Shown here in pieces: positions 50,480 to 61,161 of a stretch of 64,000 nucleotides of DNA; within the stretch, counting starts at the first letter, position 1; every line of letters begins with the position of its first letter. Origin of the DNA: an uncultured Aliarcobacter sp. GTDB taxonomy: Bacteria > Campylobacterota > Campylobacteria > Campylobacterales > Arcobacteraceae. Below the pieces are notes generated by a model. That model ran no database searches and was not told the DNA's origin. It saw nothing but the letters and a program-made list of their open reading frames with translations. The position numbers and the translations under genes were made by a program. The stretch lies in NCBI GenBank assembly GCA_963677435.1, contig OY781945.1, positions 1,504,001 through 1,568,000 of the forward strand, read 5' to 3'.

Positions 50480-52471
50480 TTGAATACAATAGATAAACTT
50501 GGAAGTGTAATGCAAAGTAATTTTATAATGAGTAGTAATAAGAAATATAATTTTAGTGAATTAGTTGATATTATTGAGTTTGAAGAAATATTAACAAGTT
50601 TTTACAAAGCAACAGGAATTCCTAATGCTCTTGTAGGAAAAGATGGAAAAATTATTTTTCAAGCTGGATGGATTGATGCTTGTGCATTATTTCATAGAGT
50701 TAATTCAGAAACAAATTCACGATGTTTAGAAAGTAATCATGCTTTAATGAAAAATGTTTCTGATGGTAAAGTTACTAGTGCATTTTGTAAAAATGGTTTG
50801 ATTGATTATGCAACTCCTGTTGTAATTGAAGGCCAAATATTAGCAACTCTATTTTTAGGACAAGTTCTAAATGAAGAACCAAATATTGATTTCTTTCAAA
50901 AACAAGCTAAAGAATTTAATTATGATGAAACTGAATATATAAAAGCTATAAAATCTGTTCCTATTATAAGTAAAGAACAGATGGAATCAACTATGGATTG
51001 TGTTGTAAAAATGGCACAAATATTAGCCAAAAGAGGTTTATCAAAGTTAAGAGAATCAGAATTATCATGTGATTTATATAAAAGTACTGAAGAAAAAATT
51101 CAATTAAAAGATATTTTAGATTTTTCTCCTGTTGGTATTTCTTGGTCAGATATTAATGGTAATCTTGAGTATGTTAATCATAAATTTACTGAATTATTTG
51201 GATATACGCTTGATGATATCCCTACTATTGAAACTTGGTATGAAAAAGCTTATTCAAATTTAAGATATCAAAAAGATGAAATAAAATCTTGGCATGCAGA
51301 TATTTTGTTATCAGGTAAAATAGATAAACCTATACTTATTTCAGAAAGAGAAGTTAGTATTACTTGTAAAGATGGAACTGAACGCCGAGTGCTTGTTTAT
51401 ATCTCTTGGTTAGGAGAAAAATGTTTAGCAAATTTTAATGATATAACTGAACATTGGAAAAGTGAATTAAGAAATAGAGCACATGATTCTATGTTAGAAA
51501 TGGTTGCTAAAAACTCTTCCTTGACAGATATTTTACATACAATAGTTGTAAATATCGAATCAGAAGATTCAGCATCATTATGTAGTATATTATTACTTGA
51601 TAAAGATGAAAAACAACTACTTTTAGGGGCATCACCTAGTTTACCTGATTTTTATAATAAAGCAATTAATGGTACAAAAATTGGTGTTGGTGTTGGTTCT
51701 TGTGGAACAGCTGCATTTCTAGCGAGTCGGGTTATTGTTGAAGATATTACTACCCATGAGTATTGGCAACCATATAAAGGTTTAGCTCAAAAAGCTGGAT
51801 TAGCTTCTTGTTGGTCTGAACCTATAATCTCTTCAGAGGGAAAAGTACTTGGAACTTTTGCAATTTATCATAAAGAGACAAAAAGTCCTACTTCAAGTGA
51901 TATCGAGCGTATAACTTTTGCTGCAAATTTAGCTGCTATTGCTATAGAAAATAGAAATGCTCGTAAAGAGCTAGAACATAGAGCTTATTCAGATTATTTG
52001 ACAGATTTATCAAATAGACGATATTTTATTGAACAAGCAGAATTAGAGTTATCAAGACATACTAGGTATTCAGGTGAATTATCTTTGTTGATGTTTGATA
52101 TTGATTTTTTTAAAAAAATCAATGATACATATGGACATAATGTTGGTGATTTAGTTCTTCAAAAAATTGCAAATATTAGTCGTATGACTTTAAGAGATAT
52201 TGATATACTTGGTCGAATAGGTGGTGAAGAATTTGCTGTTTTATTACCACAAACAAATCTGGAAGATTCTATTCTTGTTGCACAGCGTATGCGTATAGAA
52301 ATCTCAAATACACAATTAGTATTGAATAATGGCGAGATAGTTACCTTTACAGCTTCTTTTGGAGTTGTTGCTGCGAATGATAAGTCAACTATTGATGATT
52401 TGCTTATAAAAGCTGATAAAGCGCTTTATAAAGCTAAAGATGGTGGACGAAATAGGGTATGTACTTTTTAA
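50480..52471 (+). CDS. Diguanylate cyclase PocR-PAS-GAF-GGDEF
   Basis: PocR 'C..FHR....RC.ES...CKNGL.DYATPV'; PAS; GAF 'GSCGTAA'; RDID I-site plus GGEEF; start may be 50510. Confidence 0.88.
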   Translation: MNTIDKLGSVMQSNFIMSSNKKYNFSELVDIIEFEEILTSFYKATGIPNALVGKDGKIIFQAGWIDACALFHRVNSETNSRCLESNHALMKNVSDGKVTSAFCKNGLIDYATPVVIEGQILATLFLGQVLNEEPNIDFFQKQAKEFNYDETEYIKAIKSVPIISKEQMESTMDCVVKMAQILAKRGLSKLRESELSCDLYKSTEEKIQLKDILDFSPVGISWSDINGNLEYVNHKFTELFGYTLDDIPTIETWYEKAYSNLRYQKDEIKSWHADILLSGKIDKPILISEREVSITCKDGTERRVLVYISWLGEKCLANFNDITEHWKSELRNRAHDSMLEMVAKNSSLTDILHTIVVNIESEDSASLCSILLLDKDEKQLLLGASPSLPDFYNKAINGTKIGVGVGSCGTAAFLASRVIVEDITTHEYWQPYKGLAQKAGLASCWSEPIISSEGKVLGTFAIYHKETKSPTSSDIERITFAANLAAIAIENRNARKELEHRAYSDYLTDLSNRRYFIEQAELELSRHTRYSGELSLLMFDIDFFKKINDTYGHNVGDLVLQKIANISRMTLRDIDILGRIGGEEFAVLLPQTNLEDSILVAQRMRIEISNTQLVLNNGEIVTFTASFGVVAANDKSTIDDLLIKADKALYKAKDGGRNRVCTF

Positions 52472-52502
52472 ATAAAATTGTCATCCCCTTGATTATAAAA
52501 AT

Positions 52503-53063
52503 TTAATTTAATTCACTTATATTTGATTTATATTCGTCTGTTCTAATTCTTCTTTCTATTTCTCTTTTTACTGCGCTAAAGGCATATTTTTTATTTCCAC
52601 CATGTATGCTTGTTACTATTTGTGATTTACAATTTTCACAAATGAAATCAGTTTTTGCAACATCTGTATATCTTGTGTGGCAAGAGCTTTCATCATAGAC
52701 TAATAAAGAATCACATATAGGACAATAGCACTGTAAATCCACTATTTCATCTTTCTTCCATCTCCATCTCCAGTTTGTTCCATAAATAAAATCTTTTACA
52801 TAAGCTTTATATTCTACCGTAGAATTATTTGTAATTAATAAAAAGAATTTTATTAATGTAATAAATGCCAAAATAGAAATAATCGATAAAAGCCATACTG
52901 GAATAGTAAATGAAGATAATAAAATTTCATCGAACCATTTGGTTCCTGAAGATAATAATGAGATTAATTCTATTATATATTTTTGTGTTTGCGGAATAAT
53001 ACTTAAAATAGCTCCTGTAATTGTGAATATAATTATTCCATTTAAAATCTTTGTACTTTTAAT
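52503..53063 (-). CDS. Hypothetical membrane protein with C-terminal zinc ribbon, probable ATT start
   Basis: Frame stays open 64 codons upstream of the listed TTG, to an ATT 7 nt after SD AAAGG; CPIC...CENC. Confidence 0.6.
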   Translation of the reverse strand: MKSTKILNGIIIFTITGAILSIIPQTQKYIIELISLLSSGTKWFDEILLSSFTIPVWLLSIISILAFITLIKFFLLITNNSTVEYKAYVKDFIYGTNWRWRWKKDEIVDLQCYCPICDSLLVYDESSCHTRYTDVAKTDFICENCKSQIVTSIHGGNKKYAFSAVKREIERRIRTDEYKSNISELN

Positions 53064-53140
53064 TTGAATACCTTTATAATATAAATTTTTTGGAATTATA
53101 TAGTATGCACACTAAAAATTAAATTTTAAAAAATGATATA

Positions 53141-54019
53141 TTAAATTATTGTTTTAAATATAGTTTTATCTCGTCCTGTCTCTTTTGCTTGGTAAAGCAT
53201 ATTATCTGCTTCTTTTAGTAAATCATCAATTGTTAATAAACTATTATTATAAGCAGTAACACCAATACTTATAGTAAAATTTATAATGTTATTTTCTATA
53301 TCTAACGAGAGTTGTTTTATTGAATTCCTTATCTCTTCAAGAAAAGTAAAAAGTTTTTCTTGACTTTCACAATTACAAATTATTGCAAACTCTTCGCCTC
53401 CTAATCTAGCAAAAAGATTATCTTTTGCTAGCATGTTTTGTATATTTGATACTATTGTTTTAATTACAATATCTCCTACATGGTGACCATATTTGTCATT
53501 GATATTTTTAAATTTATCAATATCAATCATAATTGCAAAAAGATTTTCTTTTTTTGTTTCAAATCTAGTTTGTGCTAATTCAAAAAACTTTCTTCGATTT
53601 AAAATACCTGTCATTGTATCATGCGAAGAGATATATTCTAAGTTCTTGATTAAACATTGTAGTTCAAGTTGGGTTTTTACCCTTGCTATTAATTCTTTTG
53701 GTTTAAAAGGTTTTAAAACATAATCACTACCACCAATTTCATAAGCTTTTTCAATACTATCTTCATCTGTTTTTGCAGTTAGAAATATAATAGGAATATC
53801 TTTAGTTTTAGGATTTTCTTTTAATTGTTTACATACTTCAAATCCATCAATTATAGGCATCATAATATCAAGTAAAATTAAGTCTGGTATTTCTTCTTTT
53901 GCAATTTTTAGAGCAGTTTTTCCATCCATTGCTACAACTACATCATATTTATCTCCAAGCAATTCAACTAATATTTTAATATTTATATTTGTATCATCTA
54001 CTACTAATATTGTTTGCAT
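53141..54019 (-). CDS. Response-regulator diguanylate cyclase (REC-GGDEF)
   Basis: 'VVDD', 'LLDIMMP', 'KPF'; 'DIDKFK.IND.YGH..GD', GGEEF; no RxxD I-site. Confidence 0.93.
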   Translation of the reverse strand: MQTILVVDDTNINIKILVELLGDKYDVVVAMDGKTALKIAKEEIPDLILLDIMMPIIDGFEVCKQLKENPKTKDIPIIFLTAKTDEDSIEKAYEIGGSDYVLKPFKPKELIARVKTQLELQCLIKNLEYISSHDTMTGILNRRKFFELAQTRFETKKENLFAIMIDIDKFKNINDKYGHHVGDIVIKTIVSNIQNMLAKDNLFARLGGEEFAIICNCESQEKLFTFLEEIRNSIKQLSLDIENNIINFTISIGVTAYNNSLLTIDDLLKEADNMLYQAKETGRDKTIFKTII

Positions 54020-54028
54020 TTTAACCTT

Positions 54029-57000
54029 CTATATACTATTTAGATGTAATAAAGCATTTTGAAAATCAAATCTTTCAATGCACTTTTTTATTATAGTTAT
54101 TTTTTGTTTTTCTTTTATTGAAAACTCATAATATTCTATCTCATCTAAGATTTTTTCAATCTCTTTTGGTCTATTTGATTCTAATGTTTTTCTAAGAGTA
54201 TCAAATAATTCTTTTTTCTTATAATCACTAAGAGATTTTTTTTCTTTTATAAAATATGGTTTTAAAAATTCTAGTTGTTCTAGTTCATTAATTACTTTTT
54301 CCAACTCTTTTACTAATTCTAAATGTAAAATATCATTATCATTTAATTCTATTTCTTGAACTATTTTATTAAGATTTATCGCACCAATATTTGCACTTAA
54401 TCCTTTCAATGTATGAAAAACTCTTTTCTTCTCTTCTACCTCTAAGTTCTCAAGAGTAAAATCTTTATAACTTTCATAAAAACTATGCATAATTTTTATG
54501 TAAAGTTTTTCATTGTTAGCCATATGATTCAATCCAACATTTATATCTATATATTTTAAAGTTGGTAAGTTTATTGATTCTTGAGATGTTTTTTCTATAT
54601 TCTCATTTTTTGAAATATATTTTGATAAAGTTGAATATAGTGTATCTACTTTTATAGGTTTATTTAAGTGCTCTTTCATTCCAGCAGCTTTTGTATTTTC
54701 AATATCTTTTTGCATTGCATTTGCTGTTAGTGCAATAATTGGAATATTATTATTTATTTTTTTAATCTCTTTTGTTGCTTCATATCCATCCATTATTGGC
54801 ATTTGGATATCCATTAAAATTAATTGATATTTTTGTGGATTTTCTTTTATTTTATTTACTGCTTCTTGCCCATTATTAGCAATATCAAAATTGATTTTTG
54901 TATCTTCTAGTAATCCTATAATTATCTCTTGATTTACTTTATTATCTTCTACTAATAAAATATTATTCCCTTCAAAAGATATACTGATAACTTTATTGTT
55001 AAGTAAAATATTTTTACTGATATTATTTACTTTGAAATTATTTAAAAATATGTCACTTAGAATATCATTTAATACAGAAGGATTTATAGGCTTTTGTAAA
55101 AATATTTCTATACCAACTGCTTTTGCTAATGTAATAATAGATTCTTGTCTAAAACTACTTACCATAATAACAGTAGGAGGTCTTTTGTCTTTATAATGCT
55201 CATTTATGATTTTTGTAGTTTCAATACCATCAAGTTCGGGCATATTCCAATCCATAAGTATTAAATCATAATCAATATTTGAGTTTGAAATATTTGTTAT
55301 AGCTTCATTCCCACTTTTTACACAATATACTTCTATATTAAATATACCTAAAATACTTTCGAGAATTTCATGCCATGTTTTATTATCATCAACAACTAAA
55401 ACTTTTTTATCTGGGAAAATATTGTAAGTTTTTTCCACTTTTATCTCTTGTAATTCTATTTCAAAAATAAAACTACTTCCCATTTCTGGTTTACTTTCAA
55501 CCCAAATTTTTCCATTCATTAGTTCAACAAGTTGCTTAGATATTGTAAGCCCAAGTCCTGTTCCACCATATTTTCTAGTGGTACTTCCATCTGCTTGTGA
55601 AAAAGATTGGAAAAGTTTAGATATTTGTTTTTCAGAAAGCCCAATTCCTGTATCTTTTATTTCAAATTGATATCTATCTTTAGATACTTTTTTTATAAAT
55701 ATTGCAATTTCCCCAACATCAGTAAATTTTATCGCATTACTCAAAAGGTTTGTTAAGATTTGTGAGAGTCTTAGATTATCTCCATGGAAGTTTTTACCTA
55801 AATTCATATCATAACTTACTATTAGTTCAAGGTTTTTTTCATGAAGTTTAAAGTCTATAATATTTACAATATTTTCTATTGTTTTAAATAAATTAAAATC
55901 CACTTTTTCAAGATTTAGTTTTCCTGCTTCAATTTTCGAAAAGTCTAAAATATCATTTATAATAGTTAATAGATTTTTTGCACTAATATCTATTTTTTCG
56001 ATATAGTTTTTTTGTTTTTCATTTAGATTTGTTTGTAAAGCTAAATGTGACATTCCGATTATTCCATTCATTGGAGTTCGTATTTCATGACTCATATTTG
56101 CTAGAAATTCTGATTTTGCTTTTGTTGATTCTTCAGCTTTTATTTTGGCAATTTCAAGCTCTTTCGTTCTATTCTCAACTTGTATTTCAAGGTTTTTTCT
56201 ATTACTTTTTATTTCATCTATCATTTTATTGAAGTTTAAAAGTAAACTATCAATTTCAATAATATTAGAGTTTTCATTTTTTACATAAGTATTTATATCT
56301 TCAGTTTTTTTAGAAAGAGTTTCTATTGGATAAGACAACTTTATAGATAATTGTTTTGACCTTCTATATAAAATATATATAATATAAGCTAAACAAAGAA
56401 GAATAAATATAAAAATATAAATAGAAACTTTATATGAAAAGTCTTGAGTTTTTAGGGTGTCTTTGATAATAATATCTTCATCAATAAGAAAAAATACTTT
56501 CCAGTCTGTTCCTTGAATTTGTCTATTTTCAACTAAAAAATTCTTATCTTTAAATGAAAAGACACCTGTTTGAACTCCTTGTTTAAAATAATCTTCAAAC
56601 TGTTTAGCAATTTCTTGATTTTTATGATTAATAAGATTATGTTCTTTTGGCTGTAAAACTTCATGTATAACTAATTCATTATTATCATTTTTTTTCAAGC
56701 TTACTAAATCAAGAAATAAATTTAGTTTATCACTAATAGCAAATATCATACCTTTGCTATCTGTTAAAAAAACTTCCCCATTAAAAGGTATGTTTTTGGG
56801 TAAAACTTCATTTGCAAGTTGTTTTATAGGAACATCAATACCTACAACACCTTTAAACTCATCTTTATTATTATATATTGGAGCAATATAAGAAGTCATC
56901 CAGCCATTCATTGCTGGATCTAAATAAACAGAACTCCATAGAGGTCTCTTAAAAGGATTATGTTTTAAATCTGCTTCATAATAAAAACTCCAATCAAAGA

Positions 57001-57574
57001 AGTTTGATACATCAGAAAGATACTTATGTAAACTAATAAATGGATAATATCTAATAATAGCATTACTATCAATAACCCAAGAAGCAACAACCGCATCATG
57101 TGCTTGAACTGCATTTTTAAGTGAAATATCAAACCATTGAGTTTTATTTAAATAACTCGTAATTTCATTTTTAGATAATTTAGTAAATTTAAAAGACATG
57201 GTATCAGCCCCACCAATATCTTTTTCTTGATAATATAAACCATATTTATTTTCACCATAGCTTACTTTATCATTTAATATAGTGTATTTTTCTTCATTAT
57301 TATAAAAATGTTGAACTTGAGTAAAAATATTTCTGTGACTATCTGTTATACTTTTCATTTTATTTCGAATAATATCTGATTCTCTATTTACAGCATAATG
57401 TAAATAATCTCTAGAATTCTTAAGTATATTTTTTTTATTTTCATCTGAAACATAAAAAATCATTAAATAATAAGCAACTAATATAATTGAGGAAATAAGA
57501 ACAATAGGTATAATAGTTGCATAAGTGATATTTTTATTTAATAATTGTAACAGAGTTATTTTTTTACTCAACAT
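54029..57574 (-). CDS. Hybrid sensor histidine kinase: TM-dCache-TM-HisKA-HATPase-REC-REC-Hpt
   Basis: '[18 protein letters not shown]...GVVGIDV'; H-box '[11 protein letters not shown]'; 'GGTGLGL'; MDWNMP and MDIQMP; Hpt '[12 protein letters not shown]'. Confidence 0.93.
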   Translation of the reverse strand: MLSKKITLLQLLNKNITYATIIPIVLISSIILVAYYLMIFYVSDENKKNILKNSRDYLHYAVNRESDIIRNKMKSITDSHRNIFTQVQHFYNNEEKYTILNDKVSYGENKYGLYYQEKDIGGADTMSFKFTKLSKNEITSYLNKTQWFDISLKNAVQAHDAVVASWVIDSNAIIRYYPFISLHKYLSDVSNFFDWSFYYEADLKHNPFKRPLWSSVYLDPAMNGWMTSYIAPIYNNKDEFKGVVGIDVPIKQLANEVLPKNIPFNGEVFLTDSKGMIFAISDKLNLFLDLVSLKKNDNNELVIHEVLQPKEHNLINHKNQEIAKQFEDYFKQGVQTGVFSFKDKNFLVENRQIQGTDWKVFFLIDEDIIIKDTLKTQDFSYKVSIYIFIFILLCLAYIIYILYRRSKQLSIKLSYPIETLSKKTEDINTYVKNENSNIIEIDSLLLNFNKMIDEIKSNRKNLEIQVENRTKELEIAKIKAEESTKAKSEFLANMSHEIRTPMNGIIGMSHLALQTNLNEKQKNYIEKIDISAKNLLTIINDILDFSKIEAGKLNLEKVDFNLFKTIENIVNIIDFKLHEKNLELIVSYDMNLGKNFHGDNLRLSQILTNLLSNAIKFTDVGEIAIFIKKVSKDRYQFEIKDTGIGLSEKQISKLFQSFSQADGSTTRKYGGTGLGLTISKQLVELMNGKIWVESKPEMGSSFIFEIELQEIKVEKTYNIFPDKKVLVVDDNKTWHEILESILGIFNIEVYCVKSGNEAITNISNSNIDYDLILMDWNMPELDGIETTKIINEHYKDKRPPTVIMVSSFRQESIITLAKAVGIEIFLQKPINPSVLNDILSDIFLNNFKVNNISKNILLNNKVISISFEGNNILLVEDNKVNQEIIIGLLEDTKINFDIANNGQEAVNKIKENPQKYQLILMDIQMPIMDGYEATKEIKKINNNIPIIALTANAMQKDIENTKAAGMKEHLNKPIKVDTLYSTLSKYISKNENIEKTSQESINLPTLKYIDINVGLNHMANNEKLYIKIMHSFYESYKDFTLENLEVEEKKRVFHTLKGLSANIGAINLNKIVQEIELNDNDILHLELVKELEKVINELEQLEFLKPYFIKEKKSLSDYKKKELFDTLRKTLESNRPKEIEKILDEIEYYEFSIKEKQKITIIKKCIERFDFQNALLHLNSI

Positions 57575-57578
57575 TAAC

Positions 57579-59180
57579 TTATCCCTTGAAATAGTTTGAT
57601 TTTTTTAAATCTTTAATAAAATTATGAATTAGTTTTTTATCTATATGGTGCATAATATAAATATGTGCATACTCTCTTTTTTCACCATTAACATAAAGTT
57701 CTTCCGTTGATAAAGAGTATTTAAATACTAACTCATTATTTGGAATTTTCATTCTTATTGTCAAAGAAAATGGTGATCTTTGAATCCATAGTTTATCTTT
57801 TTTATCTAATGATTTTAATTTATCAAAAGCATATTGAGCCATATTTTCACATTTTACTACTTCTTTTATATGACTTTTTATCGAGTTGTTTGATAAATAT
57901 TCCCAAAATATTAAAGGTGAAAAGGCATTTCTTGAACCTGCAAATGTAGTATCTGGAGCACCTATATACATAGGGTCATCTACTGGTTTTAGTTGATATT
58001 TAACCCTTGACATATAAATACCAGTTGGCCAAGGAGAACCTATGTATTTATGTCCACTCATAGATATAGAGTGTATCTCTTTTATTCTAAAGTCAAATAT
58101 TGGAAATTTATAATCTTCACTTGGTTTTTTAATTAGTTTTTGTTCCAAGGCTTTTTCGATATAAGGCATATATGCAGCACCTAATGCTCCATCCACATGG
58201 AACCAAAATCCATTTCTAATATCTGTTTTTCCAATTGTATATTCTATTTCCCTTTCGTAAAGTCCATATTTTCTAAGTATTGGAACTATTAAATCTACTG
58301 CACCTTTTATATCATCATATGCACCTTTGAAAGTACTACCATAATTAAAAGATGTAAGAATAGGATGTCCTTTTTGGGCAAAAAATTCCACAAGTTTTAT
58401 AAGTGCTGGTACATGAATAGAACCATCATCATTTGATGGAACTTCTTTTGGCCAACCATTTTCATCTAAATACTCTTCTGAGAAATTTTTTGGATAATCA
58501 TCTTTTTCTAAAGGACATATATATCCTTTTTCTGTAGCTTCTTTATTGAAAGTATTTATTTTAAGTACTTCCATTGCTTTTACAATAGAATAGTGTGCAT
58601 CTTGAGAGTAAAAAGCTATTGGAGTGAACTCATTTTTATTTTTTGGTGTTGCATATGTACTTATTAGATTTTGTTCTATTCTACACTCTATGTCTTTTAC
58701 TGATTGACTAATTTTTTTAGCTTTTTGATTTTTATCTTCATCTATTAATAAATACTTACCTTCTAAATAATCTCTTCCACTAAGAAGTCCAAAAATATTT
58801 GCTTCTGTACAACCCATCGAAACGATATATCCCCAATAGTCATCTTTTGTTAAGGGATTTGAACGCTCTTTATTGTTCCATAGATTTGCAAAATAATTTA
58901 AAACTTCTGTTTCAACAGCTTTTGTATTTAAAGTAAGATTACCACCAACAAAAGGATCTCCAACATTATTCATTCCAATATTTAGGTATTTTGAATAGTT
59001 TTTCTCAAAATCAAATTTTTCATTCATTTGATAACCTAAAAAAGTCTTTTTTTGTGTAAATTCATATGTAGATAATTTTTTTAAAGCTTTTTCTTTTTTC
59101 TTTGTAGGCATTTTTTTGTTATCTAGTTTGAAGTATTTACTACTTAACTCATCTGTTGTTTTATTTAGACTATTGTTCAT
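57579..59180 (-). CDS. PLP-dependent group II decarboxylase (histidine/serine decarboxylase-like)
   Basis: 'NNVGDPF', 'YWGY...TEAN', 'HYSIVKA', '[10 protein letters not shown]', 'HVDGAL', PLP-lysine 'SISMSGHK', 'GSRN'. Confidence 0.88.
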   Translation of the reverse strand: MNNSLNKTTDELSSKYFKLDNKKMPTKKKEKALKKLSTYEFTQKKTFLGYQMNEKFDFEKNYSKYLNIGMNNVGDPFVGGNLTLNTKAVETEVLNYFANLWNNKERSNPLTKDDYWGYIVSMGCTEANIFGLLSGRDYLEGKYLLIDEDKNQKAKKISQSVKDIECRIEQNLISTYATPKNKNEFTPIAFYSQDAHYSIVKAMEVLKINTFNKEATEKGYICPLEKDDYPKNFSEEYLDENGWPKEVPSNDDGSIHVPALIKLVEFFAQKGHPILTSFNYGSTFKGAYDDIKGAVDLIVPILRKYGLYEREIEYTIGKTDIRNGFWFHVDGALGAAYMPYIEKALEQKLIKKPSEDYKFPIFDFRIKEIHSISMSGHKYIGSPWPTGIYMSRVKYQLKPVDDPMYIGAPDTTFAGSRNAFSPLIFWEYLSNNSIKSHIKEVVKCENMAQYAFDKLKSLDKKDKLWIQRSPFSLTIRMKIPNNELVFKYSLSTEELYVNGEKREYAHIYIMHHIDKKLIHNFIKDLKKSNYFKG

Positions 59181-59417
59181 AATTTGTCCTTGTGGTTAGT
59201 TCAAAATGGATAATAATTTACTTATTATTTTCTTTGAATTTAAGTATAGTATATTTTTATTACGAAAAGAACATAAAAAGTTTATTTTGTTATAACATTA
59301 AAAATATATAACTAATAATATTTTAAAACTGTCCTATATAAAATAGAAAAATCTGTATCTTGTTAAGAGTACAGAATATTGATAATATTCTTTTGCAATT
59401 TAATGAAAAGGAATATT

Positions 59418-59873
59418 ATGACAAGTAGAATTAACTTAGGAAAAACTAACCCAAATATGTTTGACAAAGTAATTGAGCTAAAAAATGAAGTAAAATTACT
59501 TATGAATAAAGCAAAAATAGAAGAGGGATTTTCTCATCTTTTATTATTAAGAGCATCACAAATAAATGGTTGTGCTTTTTGTCTTAGACTGCATACAAAA
59601 GATGCACTTAATTGTGGAGAGAGTATAGAAAGAATAAGTGTGATTCCAGCATGGAGAGAAACACAATATTTTAATGAAAAAGAAAGAGCAAGTTTAGCTT
59701 TGATTGAAGCAATATGTAATATTTCTCAAGGACAAGTTCCTGATGAAGTTTATGAAGATGCAACAAAAGTTTTAAATGAAGATGAAATTAAAGCTGTGCA
59801 ATGGTCAGCTATTGTTATAAACACATTAAATAGAATGGCAATAACAAGTAGATATGAAGTAAAAGCAGAATAG
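59418..59873 (+). CDS. Carboxymuconolactone decarboxylase / AhpD-like protein
   Basis: 'LRASQINGCAFCLRLH', 'AWRE', 'INTLNRM'; SD before ATG 59418. Confidence 0.9.
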   Translation: MTSRINLGKTNPNMFDKVIELKNEVKLLMNKAKIEEGFSHLLLLRASQINGCAFCLRLHTKDALNCGESIERISVIPAWRETQYFNEKERASLALIEAICNISQGQVPDEVYEDATKVLNEDEIKAVQWSAIVINTLNRMAITSRYEVKAE

Positions 59874-59958
59874 AAAATACTATCTACTCGCCAAAATAGT
59901 GCAAATATTGTTTTGCATTATGTGGATGAGTAGTTTATCTCTTTTTATTTTCTAAAAA

Positions 59959-61137
59959 TTAAGCTATTTTATTCAAAATAGCTTTCTCTTCAATAGTAAA
60001 ACATTGGTGAGGATATTCTTCACTACGATTTTGAAATGCTAAGATAGCTTTATTGATAACTACACCTTTATCAATATTAATAGCTTGTTTTATGGTTTCA
60101 TTTTTTTGCCAAGCTTCTCTTCCCTCAATTACAGTTGATAAATATACAATCAACGCAGCAGAAATAGAGCGAGTTGCACTCTCCCAAAGGTAACTAGGAG
60201 TATGGTCAACAGCATAATAATCAACACGGTTGTATTTAAACATAGGTTTTTTAAAAGTAGTTGGTTTTGCAAAAAAGAAGCCCATTCCTTCATCACAACT
60301 TATATCAATAATCAGACTATCAGGTTTCAAACTTGAACTCTCTTCTTGAATGATAAAATTAGTAGGATTTGCAGTATCTTGAAAAACTCCATTTACGATA
60401 ATATCTGATTGACTAATAAGCTCTGATAGTGAACTAACAGTTCCATCATGTTCTATTACAATCATACGAGGTTCATCGCTATTACCCTCTTGAATTCTCA
60501 CATAATGACAATCAAGAACTTCTTCTCTTACTTCATGATCAGGGCGTTGTACACAAATAGTAATATCTCTAAAACCATGAGCTTTTAGGGCATAAACAGC
60601 ACCACGACTAACAGCACCAAATCCAAAGATTATAGTTTTACGCTGATTTCCATAGTGTCCATCTATTCCTTTTAATTGTAAAGCATGAATAACTGCACAA
60701 TATCCAGCCATTTCATTATTTTTATAAAAAGTGTGTCGGCCAACTTGACCCTCTGGTGACCAAACAAACATATCTTCAAAGGCAATTAGAGTTTGTTTTC
60801 GCTTAATGGCAATATCAGTTATCTCTTTTTGCTGTACACAATGCACATAACCCCAAAGTGTTCCACCCTCAGAAAGTTCTTCTAAGTCTGATAATACAGG
60901 TTTATTGATAATTACTGTTCCAATATTTGCTAATAAGTTATGTCTGGTATCAATTCCACCAGTTAATGCAGCAATCTCTTCATCAGGTATACCAAATGGT
61001 GCTCCATATCCTTCTTCAAAGATAAGTTGTTTTCGTAAAATTTCGGGAATTCGTAAAAGATGATTTGGATGAATTGGAAGCCTTCTTTCATCTGTTTTTT
61101 TTGAAGTTCCAATAACGCCTATTTTTAATTTACTCAT
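59959..61137 (-). CDS. N(5)-(carboxyethyl)ornithine synthase family (AlaDH/PNT fold) opine synthase
   Basis: 'ERRLPIHP', 'FEEGYG', 'WGYVHCVQ', 'NNEMAGYC', 'GFGAV.RGA', 'DISCDEGMG', 'YAVDHTPS'. Confidence 0.85.
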   Translation of the reverse strand: MSKLKIGVIGTSKKTDERRLPIHPNHLLRIPEILRKQLIFEEGYGAPFGIPDEEIAALTGGIDTRHNLLANIGTVIINKPVLSDLEELSEGGTLWGYVHCVQQKEITDIAIKRKQTLIAFEDMFVWSPEGQVGRHTFYKNNEMAGYCAVIHALQLKGIDGHYGNQRKTIIFGFGAVSRGAVYALKAHGFRDITICVQRPDHEVREEVLDCHYVRIQEGNSDEPRMIVIEHDGTVSSLSELISQSDIIVNGVFQDTANPTNFIIQEESSSLKPDSLIIDISCDEGMGFFFAKPTTFKKPMFKYNRVDYYAVDHTPSYLWESATRSISAALIVYLSTVIEGREAWQKNETIKQAINIDKGVVINKAILAFQNRSEEYPHQCFTIEEKAILNKIA

Positions 61138-61161
61138 GTTTAAATTTCCTTTTGATTAAAT

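Noticed and set aside
1846..57949. Short ORFs in the track nested in or antisense to long genes (e.g. 12082..12603, 6551..6910, 30786..31145)
   Set aside because: Shadow ORFs of well-supported genes, with no recognised motifs
59325..59375. CTGT/ACAG repeats before the AhpD-like gene as a MocR-type operator
   Set aside because: Motif too short and no cognate regulator adjacent
59884..59934. Long imperfect hairpin as a possible integron attC site
   Set aside because: No RYYYAAC/GTTRRRY core pair, no integrase and no repetition; it lies between convergent genes, so more likely a terminator
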